A DNA stretch of 64,000 nt, from positions 448,001 to 512,000 of the forward strand of contig OZ219920.1 of NCBI GenBank assembly GCA_964291415.2, given 5' to 3'. The first letter of the stretch is position 1. Each line of letters begins with the position of its first letter. The notes below the pieces were generated by a model. The model was not told where the DNA came from and did not search any database. It saw only the letters and a list, made by a program, of their open reading frames with translations. This DNA comes from Alphaproteobacteria bacterium. GTDB taxonomy: Bacteria; Pseudomonadota; Alphaproteobacteria; SP197. The position numbers were made by a program, and so were the translations under genes. This document shows, piece by piece, positions 1 to 9,333 of the stretch.

Positions 1-75
1 ACCGCATTGTTTCGCCCGGCCCATGCGACGGACCGTCCTCATCCCCACACCGGGAACTCCCGTTCCCGGCAGGCG

Positions 76-3000
76 TCAGCCGGCCGGGGCGCTGTCGCGC
101 AGTCTTTCGGCCGCATCGAGGTCGACGGAGACGAGCTGCGAGACCCCCGGTTCGCTCATGGTGACGCCGAACAGCCGGTGCATGCGCGCCATGGTGACGC
201 GATGGTGGGTGATCACCAGAAACCGGGTGCTGTCCGTGGCGGCGAACTCGTCGAGCAGGTCGCAGAATCGCGCCACGTTGGCATCGTCAAGGGGTGCGTC
301 CACCTCGTCGAGGACGCACACCGGCGACGGGTTGGTGAGGAAAAGGGCGAAGATGAGGGCGATGGCCGCCATCGCCTGTTCGCCGCCGGAAAGCAGCGAC
401 AGCGCCTGCAGCTTCTTGCCGGACGGATTGGCATCGACCTCGAGACCGGCCTCGAGGGGATCGTCGGAATCCACCAGCGAGAGGCGCGCTTCGCCGCCCG
501 TCAGACGGCGATGCAGGTCCTGGAAGTGGCGATCGATGTCATTGAAGGCAGCGAGCAGCCGCTCGCGGCCCTCGCGGTTGAGCTCGCCGATGCCGCGGCG
601 CAACCGCTGGATGGCTTTCTCGAGATCGCTGCGCTCGCGGCTGAGGGCGGAGATCTGCTCGGCGAGTTCCGTCATCTCCGTTCCGGCCATGAGGTTGACC
701 GGGCCCATGTTGTCGCGCTCGCGCACGGCCCTCGCGTAGCGCTGCTCCAGGTCCCCGGCCTCAGCGAGAGCGCCGGCGTCCGGCACCTGGCCTGCCAGGT
801 CCTCGGGCGCAAGCGAGAGGTTGTGGCGGATCTGGTCGGCAACGTCCGCCGAACGCTGCCTTGCCTGCGCGAGGTCTGCCTCGCGCCGTGCCCGTTCCTC
901 GCGCCTGGCATAGAGAGCCTGTTCCTGCTGGCGCATCGCGCTCTCGCGTTCGGCCAGCTGCGTTTCGGCCGTGGCGAGACGATCGGCGTCGGCCTTGCGC
1001 CGTTCCCGGGCTCGACTGATCCGGTCGCCGAGGTCGCGCCGCTGGCGGGCAATGCGCTCCGGCGCGCTCTCGAGTTCCTCGCAGGTGGCGCGCCGCGACG
1101 CGATGCGTTCTTCCATGCCGGTGATGCGCTGACGCGCCTCGCTGGCGCGCGAGCGCCACGATTCCCGCTCGCGGCCGATGGCTTCGATGCGCCTGAGGCG
1201 CATGTCGCGTTCCTGATGCAGCCGGTCGCAGTCGCGCTGGCGTTCAAGGACTGCCTGGCGCAGGAGTTCGAGCCTCTCGCGCAGCGCCTCGAGGTCGCCT
1301 TCGTCGTCCGCTTCCGGCAACCCTTCGAGGTCACTGCGGCAGCGGGCGAGGGTCTCTTCGAGAGAGGCCTGCTCCGCGGCCTTGCGTTGCGCCTCGACGG
1401 CGCGCCGCTCCTGACGTTCTTCCAGATCCAGGAGCATCCGTGCCGCCGCGGCCGCCTCGTTGACGCATGTCGCGAGGCGGTCGGCGAGACGGGTGGCCGT
1501 GCGCCGCGCCTCGTCCTCTCCAAGGCGCGCCGCGGCCTCGGCTTCCACGGCGGCCGCGTGCGCATCGTAAGCCCGTTGGCGATCGGGCCTGGCCTCGTCG
1601 AGATCCCGGTTGAGGGCGTCGAGGCGGGCCCTCTGAGCGAGGCGGGTGGCGGCGCCCGACCGGGAACCGGTGACGTAGTAGCCGTCCCAGCGCCACATGT
1701 CGCCCTCGCGACTGACGAGGCGCTCTCCCGGTCCAAGGGACGCTGCCAGCTCGCGGCCCGAAGAGGCGTCGACAACCCCGGTGCGTTCGAGGCGGCGGGC
1801 GAGTTCCGGCGGGCCCTTCACGTGACGCGTGAGGGGTTCGGCCCCGGCCGGCAGGGAAGGGGGTACGGCCGGCGTGGCAACGAGATGCCAGCCGCGTTCG
1901 TGCCCGTCGCCCGACGGGGCCTCGAGATCGTCTCCCAGGGCGGCACCCAGGGCGTTCTCGTATCCGGCCGACACCTCGACCGAGTCGAGCAGCGGTTTCA
2001 GGTCTCCCGCCTCGTGGCTCCAGGCCTCGGCCTCGAGGGCCTCGGCCGCACTCTCGAGTCTCTCGACGCGATGGTCGGCGCCGCGCAGGGCAAGGCGGGT
2101 CTCCTCTTCCACGCGCCGGGCCGTCGCGTGGGCCTCTTCGTGGCGCAGGAGGTCACGGCGGGCGCTCTCGCGCGCCAGTTCGGCCTCCTCCTCCTGCCGG
2201 CGCCGCCTTGAGAGGTCGGCACGGGCTGCGTCGATCGCCGCGCCGCCGTCATCGGCCGGCACATCCTCCTCAAGGGAGGCGAGACGGGCCTCGCAGTCGG
2301 CGATCTCCCGGATGAGGGCCTGGCGTTCGGCGGAGAGCGCGGCTGCTCTCCTGGTCGCGTCGTTCACCTGGGCCTCGATCTCCCGGACATCCTGCAGTGC
2401 CAGGCGCAAGGCCTCCTCGGCGGCGGCGATGACGGGCCCGTCGCTTTCGTTCGCAAGGCCTTCGCGCTCCGCATCGAGACGGGCGAGGGTCTCCTCGCCC
2501 TCGGCCTCCAGCGCCTGTTCCCGCCTCAGGTTATCGGCGAGCTCGACGAGAGCGCTCCGCGCCTCCTTCAGGGCGTCGTCGATCCGTCCCCCTTCGGTCT
2601 CGAGAACGCCACGCGCCACGTCGAGCTCATGGAGCGCCCGGTCGGCATCGCTGAGCGCCTGGCGTGCCGGCGGCACCGCTGCGGCAGCGCTCTCTCGCGC
2701 CGAGGTGGCCGCGGCCACCACGCCGGTGAGTTCGGCGACCTCCGACTCGATGGCGGTGAAGGCATCGTCGGCTGCGACGAGGGCCTCGCCGGCGTCCTGC
2801 CACAGGCGCAGGCGCCAGCGCATCTCGGCATCCCGGATTCGCTTGGCGAGGTTGCGGTAGCGTTGCGCCATGCGTTCCTGGCGGCGCAGGTTGGCATGGC
2901 GGTCTTCCAGGCCATCGATGACGACGATCAGATCGTCGAGATTCCTCTCCGCTCCCTGGAGACGCAGTTCGGCCTCGTGACGGCGCGCCTGCAGGCCGGC

Positions 3001-3510
3001 GATTCCGGCCGCCTCCTCGAGGAGATGGCGGCGGCTGGCCGGCTTTCTCTTGATGATGTCCGAGATCTGGCCCTGGTTCACCAGGGCCGAGCTCGATGTG
3101 CCCGACGCGATGTCGGCAAAGAAGTGGCGCACGTCCCGCGCCCGCATGTCCTGGCCGTTGATGGTGTAGGCCGAACCGCTGCCGCGCTCGATGCGCCGCG
3201 TGATCTCGATCTCGTCGATGTCATTCCACCGCGCCGGGGCATCGCGGCCCGGGTTGGCAAGCGAGAGGGTCACTTCCGCCAGGTTGCGCGACGGCCTGAG
3301 ACTGGTTCCGGCGAAGATGACGTCCTCCATGCCGCCGCCGCGCACCCTGGTCGGCGACGCCTCGCCCATGATCCATCGCAGGGCCTCGAGCAGGTTGGAC
3401 TTGCCGCAGCCGTTGGGGCCGACGACGCCGGTCAGCCCGGGTTCGATCAGGAGGTCGGCGGGGTCGACGAAGGACTTGAAACCGACGAGGCGCAGACGGG
3501 AAAAGTGCAT
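76..3510 (-). CDS. smc: Chromosome segregation protein SMC
   Basis: N-terminal MHFSRLRLVGFKSF, Walker A GPNGCGKS, long coiled coils with hinge, LSGGE signature, Walker B/D-loop VLDEVDAPLD. Confidence 0.97.
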   Translation of the reverse strand: MHFSRLRLVGFKSFVDPADLLIEPGLTGVVGPNGCGKSNLLEALRWIMGEASPTRVRGGGMEDVIFAGTSLRPSRNLAEVTLSLANPGRDAPARWNDIDEIEITRRIERGSGSAYTINGQDMRARDVRHFFADIASGTSSSALVNQGQISDIIKRKPASRRHLLEEAAGIAGLQARRHEAELRLQGAERNLDDLIVVIDGLEDRHANLRRQERMAQRYRNLAKRIRDAEMRWRLRLWQDAGEALVAADDAFTAIESEVAELTGVVAAATSARESAAAAVPPARQALSDADRALHELDVARGVLETEGGRIDDALKEARSALVELADNLRREQALEAEGEETLARLDAEREGLANESDGPVIAAAEEALRLALQDVREIEAQVNDATRRAAALSAERQALIREIADCEARLASLEEDVPADDGGAAIDAARADLSRRRRQEEEAELARESARRDLLRHEEAHATARRVEEETRLALRGADHRVERLESAAEALEAEAWSHEAGDLKPLLDSVEVSAGYENALGAALGDDLEAPSGDGHERGWHLVATPAVPPSLPAGAEPLTRHVKGPPELARRLERTGVVDASSGRELAASLGPGERLVSREGDMWRWDGYYVTGSRSGAATRLAQRARLDALNRDLDEARPDRQRAYDAHAAAVEAEAAARLGEDEARRTATRLADRLATCVNEAAAAARMLLDLEERQERRAVEAQRKAAEQASLEETLARCRSDLEGLPEADDEGDLEALRERLELLRQAVLERQRDCDRLHQERDMRLRRIEAIGRERESWRSRASEARQRITGMEERIASRRATCEELESAPERIARQRRDLGDRISRARERRKADADRLATAETQLAERESAMRQQEQALYARREERARREADLAQARQRSADVADQIRHNLSLAPEDLAGQVPDAGALAEAGDLEQRYARAVRERDNMGPVNLMAGTEMTELAEQISALSRERSDLEKAIQRLRRGIGELNREGRERLLAAFNDIDRHFQDLHRRLTGGEARLSLVDSDDPLEAGLEVDANPSGKKLQALSLLSGGEQAMAAIALIFALFLTNPSPVCVLDEVDAPLDDANVARFCDLLDEFAATDSTRFLVITHHRVTMARMHRLFGVTMSEPGVSQLVSVDLDAAERLRDSAPAG

Positions 3511-3533
3511 GCCGGTCTACTGGCACGCTCCGC

Positions 3534-4127
3534 TCACAAGGCGGCCTCGATGTCCTGGAGCATCGCGTCGAGCGCCGCGTAACCGGGATCGCCGGAGACC
3601 ACCTCCCCGTTGAGGACGAGCGTCGGCGTCACCCTGACCCCATGGGTCGCGCGGGCCTCCTCCAGGCCCTCGAGGATCCGCTGCATCACCGCGCGGTCGT
3701 CGATGCACTGATCGACGATGGCCGGATCGCGTCCCCCGGATGCGACGATGGCTCTCAGTTCCGCCACCGGATCGTCCGCACCGGCCCAGCGGTCGCGGGT
3801 GCGGAAGAGCACGTCGACGAAGCGGAAGAAGCTGTCGCCGCCGGCACAGCGGGCCAGCGCCGCCACCCTCAGCGCCAGGCCGTCCAGGGGATAATCGCGG
3901 AACACCAGCCTGGCGCGTCCCGTCTCGAGCCAGTTGGCCTTGAGATCGGGAAGCGTGTTGGCATGGAAGGCGGCGCAGGCGCCGCAGGTCATCGAGGCAT
4001 ACTCGATGATCTCGATGGGAGCCGCGGGATCGCCGAGGATCATGTCGCCCCCGTCGGCCCGCGCCCTGACGAACGGCGCCACCACCGCTCCCGCCGCCAG
4101 TCCCACAAATTCGCGTCTCTTCCACAC
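3534..4127 (-). CDS. DsbA-family thioredoxin-fold protein with Tat-like signal
   Basis: KRREF N-terminus, GDPAAPIEIIEYASMTCGAC (CxxC), TPT cis-Pro loop; dsbA-smc adjacency is typical of Alphaproteobacteria; GGAGG RBS. Confidence 0.92.
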   Translation of the reverse strand: MWKRREFVGLAAGAVVAPFVRARADGGDMILGDPAAPIEIIEYASMTCGACAAFHANTLPDLKANWLETGRARLVFRDYPLDGLALRVAALARCAGGDSFFRFVDVLFRTRDRWAGADDPVAELRAIVASGGRDPAIVDQCIDDRAVMQRILEGLEEARATHGVRVTPTLVLNGEVVSGDPGYAALDAMLQDIEAAL

Positions 4128-4148
4128 GGCCGGACACGCCTCCCTGAA

Positions 4149-4191
4149 AGACGCCGCCGATCATAAGGCAGGCACCCGCGCCATCTCAAGA
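4149..4191. repeat. Copy 1 of dsbA-upstream ~43-bp motif (other copies at 4697-4739 and ~8244-8288)
   Basis: AGACGCCGCCGATCATAAGGCAGGCACCCGCGCCATCTCAAGA vs AGACGCCGCCGATCACAAGGCAGGCACCCCAGCCATCTCAGGA. Confidence 0.85.
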
Positions 4192-4244
4192 TGCCGAAGC
4201 CGGGCGATACCGCACGATCGCGCTAGTCATACCGACGTTCTTGC

Positions 4245-4639
4245 ATGCTGACAGACTGCCCGTGCCGGTTCCCTGCAGCTCGCGTCGTACGCCGTGCGTG
4301 TGCAATTGCCGGGATTCCCGCCACCGCCCATGACACTGCGGCCTTGTCTTGGGGAAGCAGCCACGCCCTCGAATACGTGCTTCGCGTCTACGATATCGAG
4401 ACGGAGGCGCAGAGAATGACAGCACACGACTCCAGGCAGGACTGATCTGGAGGCGGTCATGGCACTGGGATTCCGTATCGTGCCTTCCTTGTTGTTGCGG
4501 GCGCAACTGCCAGGACTACGAGCGCATCCTTGAAACTGCCGAGTGGATTTCGCCAGCCACGCGTGCGTGGATCCAACACCTCAGCCGAGTACCCGAAATG
4601 CTTGAAACCGGGTGTGCCGACGGAGCATTTCGTTTCTGA
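4245..4639 (+). pseudogene. Decayed gene remnant of unknown family
   Basis: Protein-like pieces in different frames (RVYDIETEAQRM; QDYERILETAEWISPATRAWIQHLSRV) with no intact ORF; lies between repeat copies 1 and 2. Confidence 0.35.
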
Positions 4640-4696
4640 AGGATCAGAAACGGTCGAGAGTCCGGGCGCTATGTGTCCGAGGAACTCCTCCCCAAG

Positions 4697-4739
4697 AGAC
4701 GCCGCCGATCACAAGGCAGGCACCCCAGCCATCTCAGGA
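4697..4739. repeat. Copy 2 of dsbA-upstream motif
   Basis: Near-identical to 4149-4191. Confidence 0.85.
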
Positions 4740-4818
4740 CACGGAGGCCAATTTCGGCTTGCTCTTGACATCGACGGAAATGTAACTACAAGAAAGCAAC
4801 TACAGGAACGCCACCTCC

Positions 4819-5109
4819 TTGCGCTGGGCATGGGACTACGGAAAGAACCTCACCAACAGGGGATAGCATGGTCTGGATTTCGAGACAGCGCAGCTCGTGT
4901 TCGATGATCCATTGGCGGCCTCGCGCCAGGAGACGCATTCTGACGAAGAGCGATGGCAGACAATCGGGACGATCGGGAACGTTGTCGTGATAGTGGCTCA
5001 CACCTTCCCTCGTCTCGATCGTGAAACCGGCGACGAGACCGGGCGTATCATCAGCGCCCGAAAGGCCACGACACATGAGAGGAGACTCTATGAAGAAGGC
5101 GACTTCTAG
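4819..5109 (+). pseudogene. brnT: BrnT-family toxin with in-frame amber stop
   Basis: Reads WAWDYGKNLTNRG*HGLDFETAQLVFDDP...EERWQTIG...RIISARKAT; TAG at 4864-4866 where the family has K before HG. Confidence 0.85.
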
Positions 5110-5374
5110 AACACTGACCGAGGCACAGAAGGCGGATCTGGCCGCGCTTGAGGCTTTGCCCGACGATCAAATTGATACGAGCGACTTGCCTGAGATCGTG
5201 AATTGGCCAGACGCCCGACGTGGCCTCTTTTATCGACCGTTGAAGAAGCAGATCACATTGCGCCTGGATGTCGACGTACTGGCCTGGTTCAGGAGAAATG
5301 CACCGGGTGGGCGTGGATATCAGACCGAGATCAACCGCGCCTTGCGGCAGCACGTTCAACGCAACCGACGGTGA
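5090..5374 (+). CDS. brnA: BrnA-family antitoxin
   Basis: IDTSDLPE...KKQITLRLDVDVLAWFR...GYQTEINRALR; GGAGA RBS; overlaps brnT 3' end. Confidence 0.92.
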   Translation: MKKATSRTLTEAQKADLAALEALPDDQIDTSDLPEIVNWPDARRGLFYRPLKKQITLRLDVDVLAWFRRNAPGGRGYQTEINRALRQHVQRNRR

Positions 5375-5382
5375 ACCCGAAC

Positions 5383-6291
5383 TCATCGGCACACGGTCTC
5401 AATCCAGGGACCTCCGGGAGGCCACGAGGCAACCTCTGCTTTGGTCAGCATCGGCTGCAGGAAGGCACGCAGACAATCGATGACCTCGACGAGTGAGGGG
5501 GGCGCCACTGCGAGCCGGTTGCGCTCCAGGTAGGCCTGCCACTGGGTTTCCTTCTCAAGGGCGAAGCCATCACTGAGGCCGACAGGTACTTGTCCCGGCA
5601 AGGAGGTTCGGCGTCGTTCGAAGGTCCGACGGATGGCCTTCGACAGGTCGTCGCCTTCGAACGAAAACACCTGCGCGATCATCCAGAGGTCGTAGAAATC
5701 CTTCATGCGGCTGTTTGCGATACCGCGCGTCACGATTGCTTCAGCTTTTTCGGCGACGACGGTTTCTGGCGGATAGGCACGCAGGATGGGCGCGGGCGCG
5801 TCGAGCAGCGTGGGGTATTCGATTTCGATCGCCCCGGGCGTGATCACGTCTCCGAAACCGACATCGATCTGAATGGGCAGTCGCGCCCCGGCGATGGTTG
5901 CGCTGGTTCTGATGCGCACACCGGGATACGCGTCCTCGTCGCGGATTGGAGCGGCTTCAACGCGCGCAGCGTCGAAGACAACCCCGTCGTCAGGAACTTT
6001 CACGGAGCAGACGGAGCGGATGCTTGCCGCAATCGACGCGGGATCGGGATCGCCCTGACCCAGCAAGTCGAGGTCACGGGTCGGTCGGAAGAGATCCTCC
6101 TGCCAGACTGCGAGGAGCATCGCTCCCTTCAGGACAAGCTGTTCGCGCTGGTTGGAGACGCTGAGTCGGTAGAGCAATCGCTCGAGCGCGTAACGGGTCA
6201 GAAGCAACTGAAAATCCGCCTGTTCGGCACGGGCGCGCGCGAGCAGGCGGGTACGCACGGATGCGCCGACGTTGCGAAGTTCACGCGCCAT
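5383..6291 (-). CDS. AbiEii-family nucleotidyltransferase toxin (type IV TA), pair 1
   Basis: ASVRTRLL, LKGAMLL, RPTRDLDL, AEKAEAIV, NSRMKDFYD motifs. Confidence 0.93.
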   Translation of the reverse strand: MARELRNVGASVRTRLLARARAEQADFQLLLTRYALERLLYRLSVSNQREQLVLKGAMLLAVWQEDLFRPTRDLDLLGQGDPDPASIAASIRSVCSVKVPDDGVVFDAARVEAAPIRDEDAYPGVRIRTSATIAGARLPIQIDVGFGDVITPGAIEIEYPTLLDAPAPILRAYPPETVVAEKAEAIVTRGIANSRMKDFYDLWMIAQVFSFEGDDLSKAIRRTFERRRTSLPGQVPVGLSDGFALEKETQWQAYLERNRLAVAPPSLVEVIDCLRAFLQPMLTKAEVASWPPGGPWIETVCR

Positions 6292-6904
6292 CGGCGACCA
6301 TCGCTTCGACATAGGGCCGCATCACTGACCAGGCACGCTCCGAGCGAGCGAACTCCCAAAGCTGGTCGGGTGTGACGCGACGGCTGCGGAGCCCTTCCCG
6401 GAGTCCTTCCAGCGCGATGTCGAGCCCGATCTTGCTGCGGTATCGGAAGCAGTCGACAATCGACTTGGCCGGCTCGAATATCGGGACCTCAATTCCCTCG
6501 ATGAGATGCCGCTTCACCCCCCCCATCAGGGCGTGGCCGCTGAATCTGACAAAGCGGACCAGGGGGTATTCAACGTTGGGCTTCCATCCGGTGCGGTCGA
6601 TGGCGATCCAGACAGCGGAAGGCATCTGGAGTGTCAATTCATGAAACTGAAGCGCGGATGTAAGGCAAATCACTCCCCTGGGCACGAGGGCCGAGGCCTC
6701 TGCAAGGCTGCGTCGGGGATCCGGAATCGCGTCAGCAAGCTGGTAGAGGCCGCGTGCGACTCGCGTGACAATGCCCTTGCGAACCAACCGGGCAACGGTC
6801 TCGGGCCCAACGCCGGCGTCACGAAGATCTCGCATGCGGACCAGCCCCCTCTGGCGACAGAGAGACAGGACCATGTCGCGTTGTTTCGTCGGGTAATGTG
6901 ACAT
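6281..6904 (-). CDS. AbiEi-family antitoxin/transcriptional regulator, pair 1
   Basis: wHTH with RVARGLY, ICLTSALQFHELT, PAKSIVDCFRYR; overlaps toxin start; start could be 6874. Confidence 0.92.
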   Translation of the reverse strand: MSHYPTKQRDMVLSLCRQRGLVRMRDLRDAGVGPETVARLVRKGIVTRVARGLYQLADAIPDPRRSLAEASALVPRGVICLTSALQFHELTLQMPSAVWIAIDRTGWKPNVEYPLVRFVRFSGHALMGGVKRHLIEGIEVPIFEPAKSIVDCFRYRSKIGLDIALEGLREGLRSRRVTPDQLWEFARSERAWSVMRPYVEAMVADGA

Positions 6905-6947
6905 TATCTCTGCTATAATGAACAGACGCAGAGGTTATGTCACATTA
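6894..6947. promoter_or_regulatory. 20-bp inverted repeat, probable AbiEi operator
   Basis: TAATGTGACATTATCTCTGC (6894-6913) / GCAGAGGTTATGTCACATTA (6928-6947), 18/20 complementary. Confidence 0.75.
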
Positions 6948-7019
6948 GTGTTGTGAAGTCCAGTGCACATTCTGACGTTCCAGTTGAACGGTAGCGGGGC
7001 ATCCGACCTTCCGCGGCCC

Positions 7020-7400
7020 CTTGACTTTCGGGTTGCGGCGGGCGATGGCCACAACGATGCGCATCGCGGGGCAGCGTCGATGTCCTTGAGCGATGATTGG
7101 CGATCCGCGACCGGCAGGCAGGTGAGGTCGATATCGTCGGACAGCCTTGGCATGTCCCTATAGAACAGGCTGATGGCGGTGCCGCCCTTACACGTGAACA
7201 CGGTTTCGTTGTCGATACTCTGCAGCGTGTCCAGGAGCAGTCGGACCGGCGCCACGTACCGGTCAAGCATCGCCGTGGGCCGTTCGCGGTGTCCCGGGCA
7301 GGAACGCTTCGGGCACGCAAATGCGGTAGATCGGATGACATCTCCCGCCCTCTGCCAGGGCCGCGGCCCGGACCCGAAATTGATCTCTGAAGTGTCCAGG
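7020..7400 (-). pseudogene. Remnant of a third AbiE pair (AbiEi 3' end plus AbiEii 5' part), paralogous to ~9085-9465
   Basis: MLDRYVAPVRLLL...KGGTAISLFYRDMPRLSDDIDL vs MLDRYVAQVRLLL...KGGTAINLFYRDMPRLSVDIDL; frameshifted and truncated. Confidence 0.88.
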
Positions 7401-7409
7401 AGGGTTTCA

Positions 7410-8140
7410 GGCTGATCGGTTTCCGGGTTGACTCAATGGCTCGGCAAGACCTCCAGCGCTCACCGTCGCTTAACCCATGACTCAGTGCGTCGGGTGAAAG
7501 CACTGACAGATGTGGCGATCCAGTGGGCGTTGACGCTCCCTGGCCAGCCTGCCGATGTTCACCGTGTTCCTGCCGCTGCAATCGGCTGTCCTGGGCGGAG
7601 AAACCGCGAAGGCAATCCGTGCCGGTTCCATTGTGCCCCGTCGATCATCGATGGGGCCGTCGATCAGGTCTGGGCCGCCTCGCCGATGTTGTCGACGCCG
7701 CGTTCCTCGAGGACCGTGTTGAGCCAGTTGGGATCCATCTCGGGCACCGAGGAGAGCAGGAGGTCCGTGTAGGGGTGATGGGGCGGCGTGAACATGACGT
7801 CCTTTGGACCCATCTCGACGACGCGCCCCTCCTTCATGACCACGACCTCGTCGGCGATGGAGCGCACGGTTGCGAGATCGTGGGTGATGAACATGTAGGC
7901 GAGGTCAAGTTCCTCCTGCAGGCGATCGAGAAGCCTCAGGATTCCCTCGGCGACCAGCTGGTCAAGGGCACTGGTGACCTCGTCGCAGATGATGAAGGAG
8001 GGCTCGGCCGCCAGGGCCCTGGCGATGCCAATCCGCTGTTTCTGCCCACCGGAAAGCTCGGGCGGAAAGCGGCTGTAGAACTGCGACGGTTCGAGCTCGA
8101 TGAGGTCGAGGAGCTCGTCGACCCGGTTCTTCAGCTGCGC
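7410..8140. repeat. 731-bp near-identical direct duplication of 10360-11090
   Basis: Both start GGCTGATCGGTTTCCGGG and end TCAGCTGCGC; constant offset 2950; few substitutions. Confidence 0.95.
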
Positions 8141-8245
8141 AACCGTGAGCCCGCCGTTGGACCAGATGACCGGCACTCTCAGGGATGCCGCCGACAGTCC
8201 CTGTGGGTCGCATCTCATCCATACGGCCGGGTGCCCCTCTCGCAC
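7664..8245 (-). pseudogene. Chimeric fragment: decayed dsbA 5' end fused to the duplicated ABC ATPase C-terminus
   Basis: VWMRCDPQGLSAA aligns to DsbA MWKRREFVGLAAG; from AQLKNRV onward identical to the C-terminus of 10614-12263. Confidence 0.8.
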
Positions 8246-8418
8246 GTCGTCGCCAATCGCGAGGCAGGTGTCCCTGCCATCTCAGGATGCGAGGGCTGAG
8301 CGGCGCCATGCGATCGCGCCACGTCAGCCTCCCTGCGGCTTGCCCCGTGCATAGTGCGTGCCTGGAAGCGCCATGCGGTATGCAGGTGCGCGGGCAGAAT
8401 GCTGGGGGGCGCAAGGGA

Positions 8419-9333
8419 TCACCGGAATAGCCTTTCAAGCGCGTCGCGCTGGGCCCTGTGTTTCCGGGGATTCGCTCGCTTCAGCTTTTCCAGGTTCACC
8501 AGCTTCCAGCGAACGGCCGGCAGGTTGACGGCTTCGGGCAAGTTGATCAGGCGGAAGTCCGGATCGGCATCGTGCAGGGAGAGCAGGAAGTCCGAGACGT
8601 CACCCGTCAATCGCGAACCGATGTCGGCATGAAGAAAGCGACGCGTTTCGATCAGGGCATTCCAGGAGACGGGCTGGCGAGTCATCCCCACGAACTCCTC
8701 CCCATACAGCTCCTCCCTGAGAGACGCCGCCGGCGCCAGCAGCTCGTGCATCGGGCGGGCAGATCCCGCCACATAGACCATGAACGTTCGGAAGAGGTCT
8801 GCCGTCAGGCCCTCGTTCTCGTACAGGAGCTTCACATCGTAGAGATCGCGCGGATGCTGGCGATCGAGCGCCGCGTGAAGCTTCCCGCCGTACAGATCTT
8901 CGAATGCCAGTACGTTCGTCTCGACGAATCCGAAGAGCTCAGTCACGGCCTCCGAAGCAGTCATCGTCGCCGCCGGATACACCGCCCCTCGCGCAACCGG
9001 GGAAGTCTCGATCTTGATCTGCGACTGGCCGTCGCTCACCATGATGCGCGTGCTGGCGTTTCCACTACCCGCAGCGCGGCGAGCCTCGACCCGCGGGTTG
9101 CGGCGGGCGATCGCAGTGACGATGCGATCGAGGGCATTGTCGATGTCCTGCAACGAAGATTGGCGGTCCGCCACCGGCAGGTAGGTCAGGTCGATGTCGA
9201 CGGACAGTCTCGGCATGTCTCTGTAGAACAGGTTGATGGCGGTCCCGCCCTTGAGCGCGAACACGGTCTCGCTGGCGATATCCTGCAGCGTGCTCAGGAG
9301 CAGGCGAACCTGCGCCACGTACCGGTCAAGCAT
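8419..9333 (-). CDS. AbiEii-family nucleotidyltransferase toxin, pair 2
   Basis: FALKGGTAINLF, RLSVDIDL, GGKLHAALDRQHPRDLYD. Confidence 0.94.
   Translation of the reverse strand: MLDRYVAQVRLLLSTLQDIASETVFALKGGTAINLFYRDMPRLSVDIDLTYLPVADRQSSLQDIDNALDRIVTAIARRNPRVEARRAAGSGNASTRIMVSDGQSQIKIETSPVARGAVYPAATMTASEAVTELFGFVETNVLAFEDLYGGKLHAALDRQHPRDLYDVKLLYENEGLTADLFRTFMVYVAGSARPMHELLAPAASLREELYGEEFVGMTRQPVSWNALIETRRFLHADIGSRLTGDVSDFLLSLHDADPDFRLINLPEAVNLPAVRWKLVNLEKLKRANPRKHRAQRDALERLFR

Noticed and set aside
7-3582. Long + strand ORFs opposite smc, and similar ones such as 10473-12596, 43126-44922 and 60492-63953
   Set aside because: Antisense shadows of high-GC genes with no motifs; the opposite strand has clear family signatures
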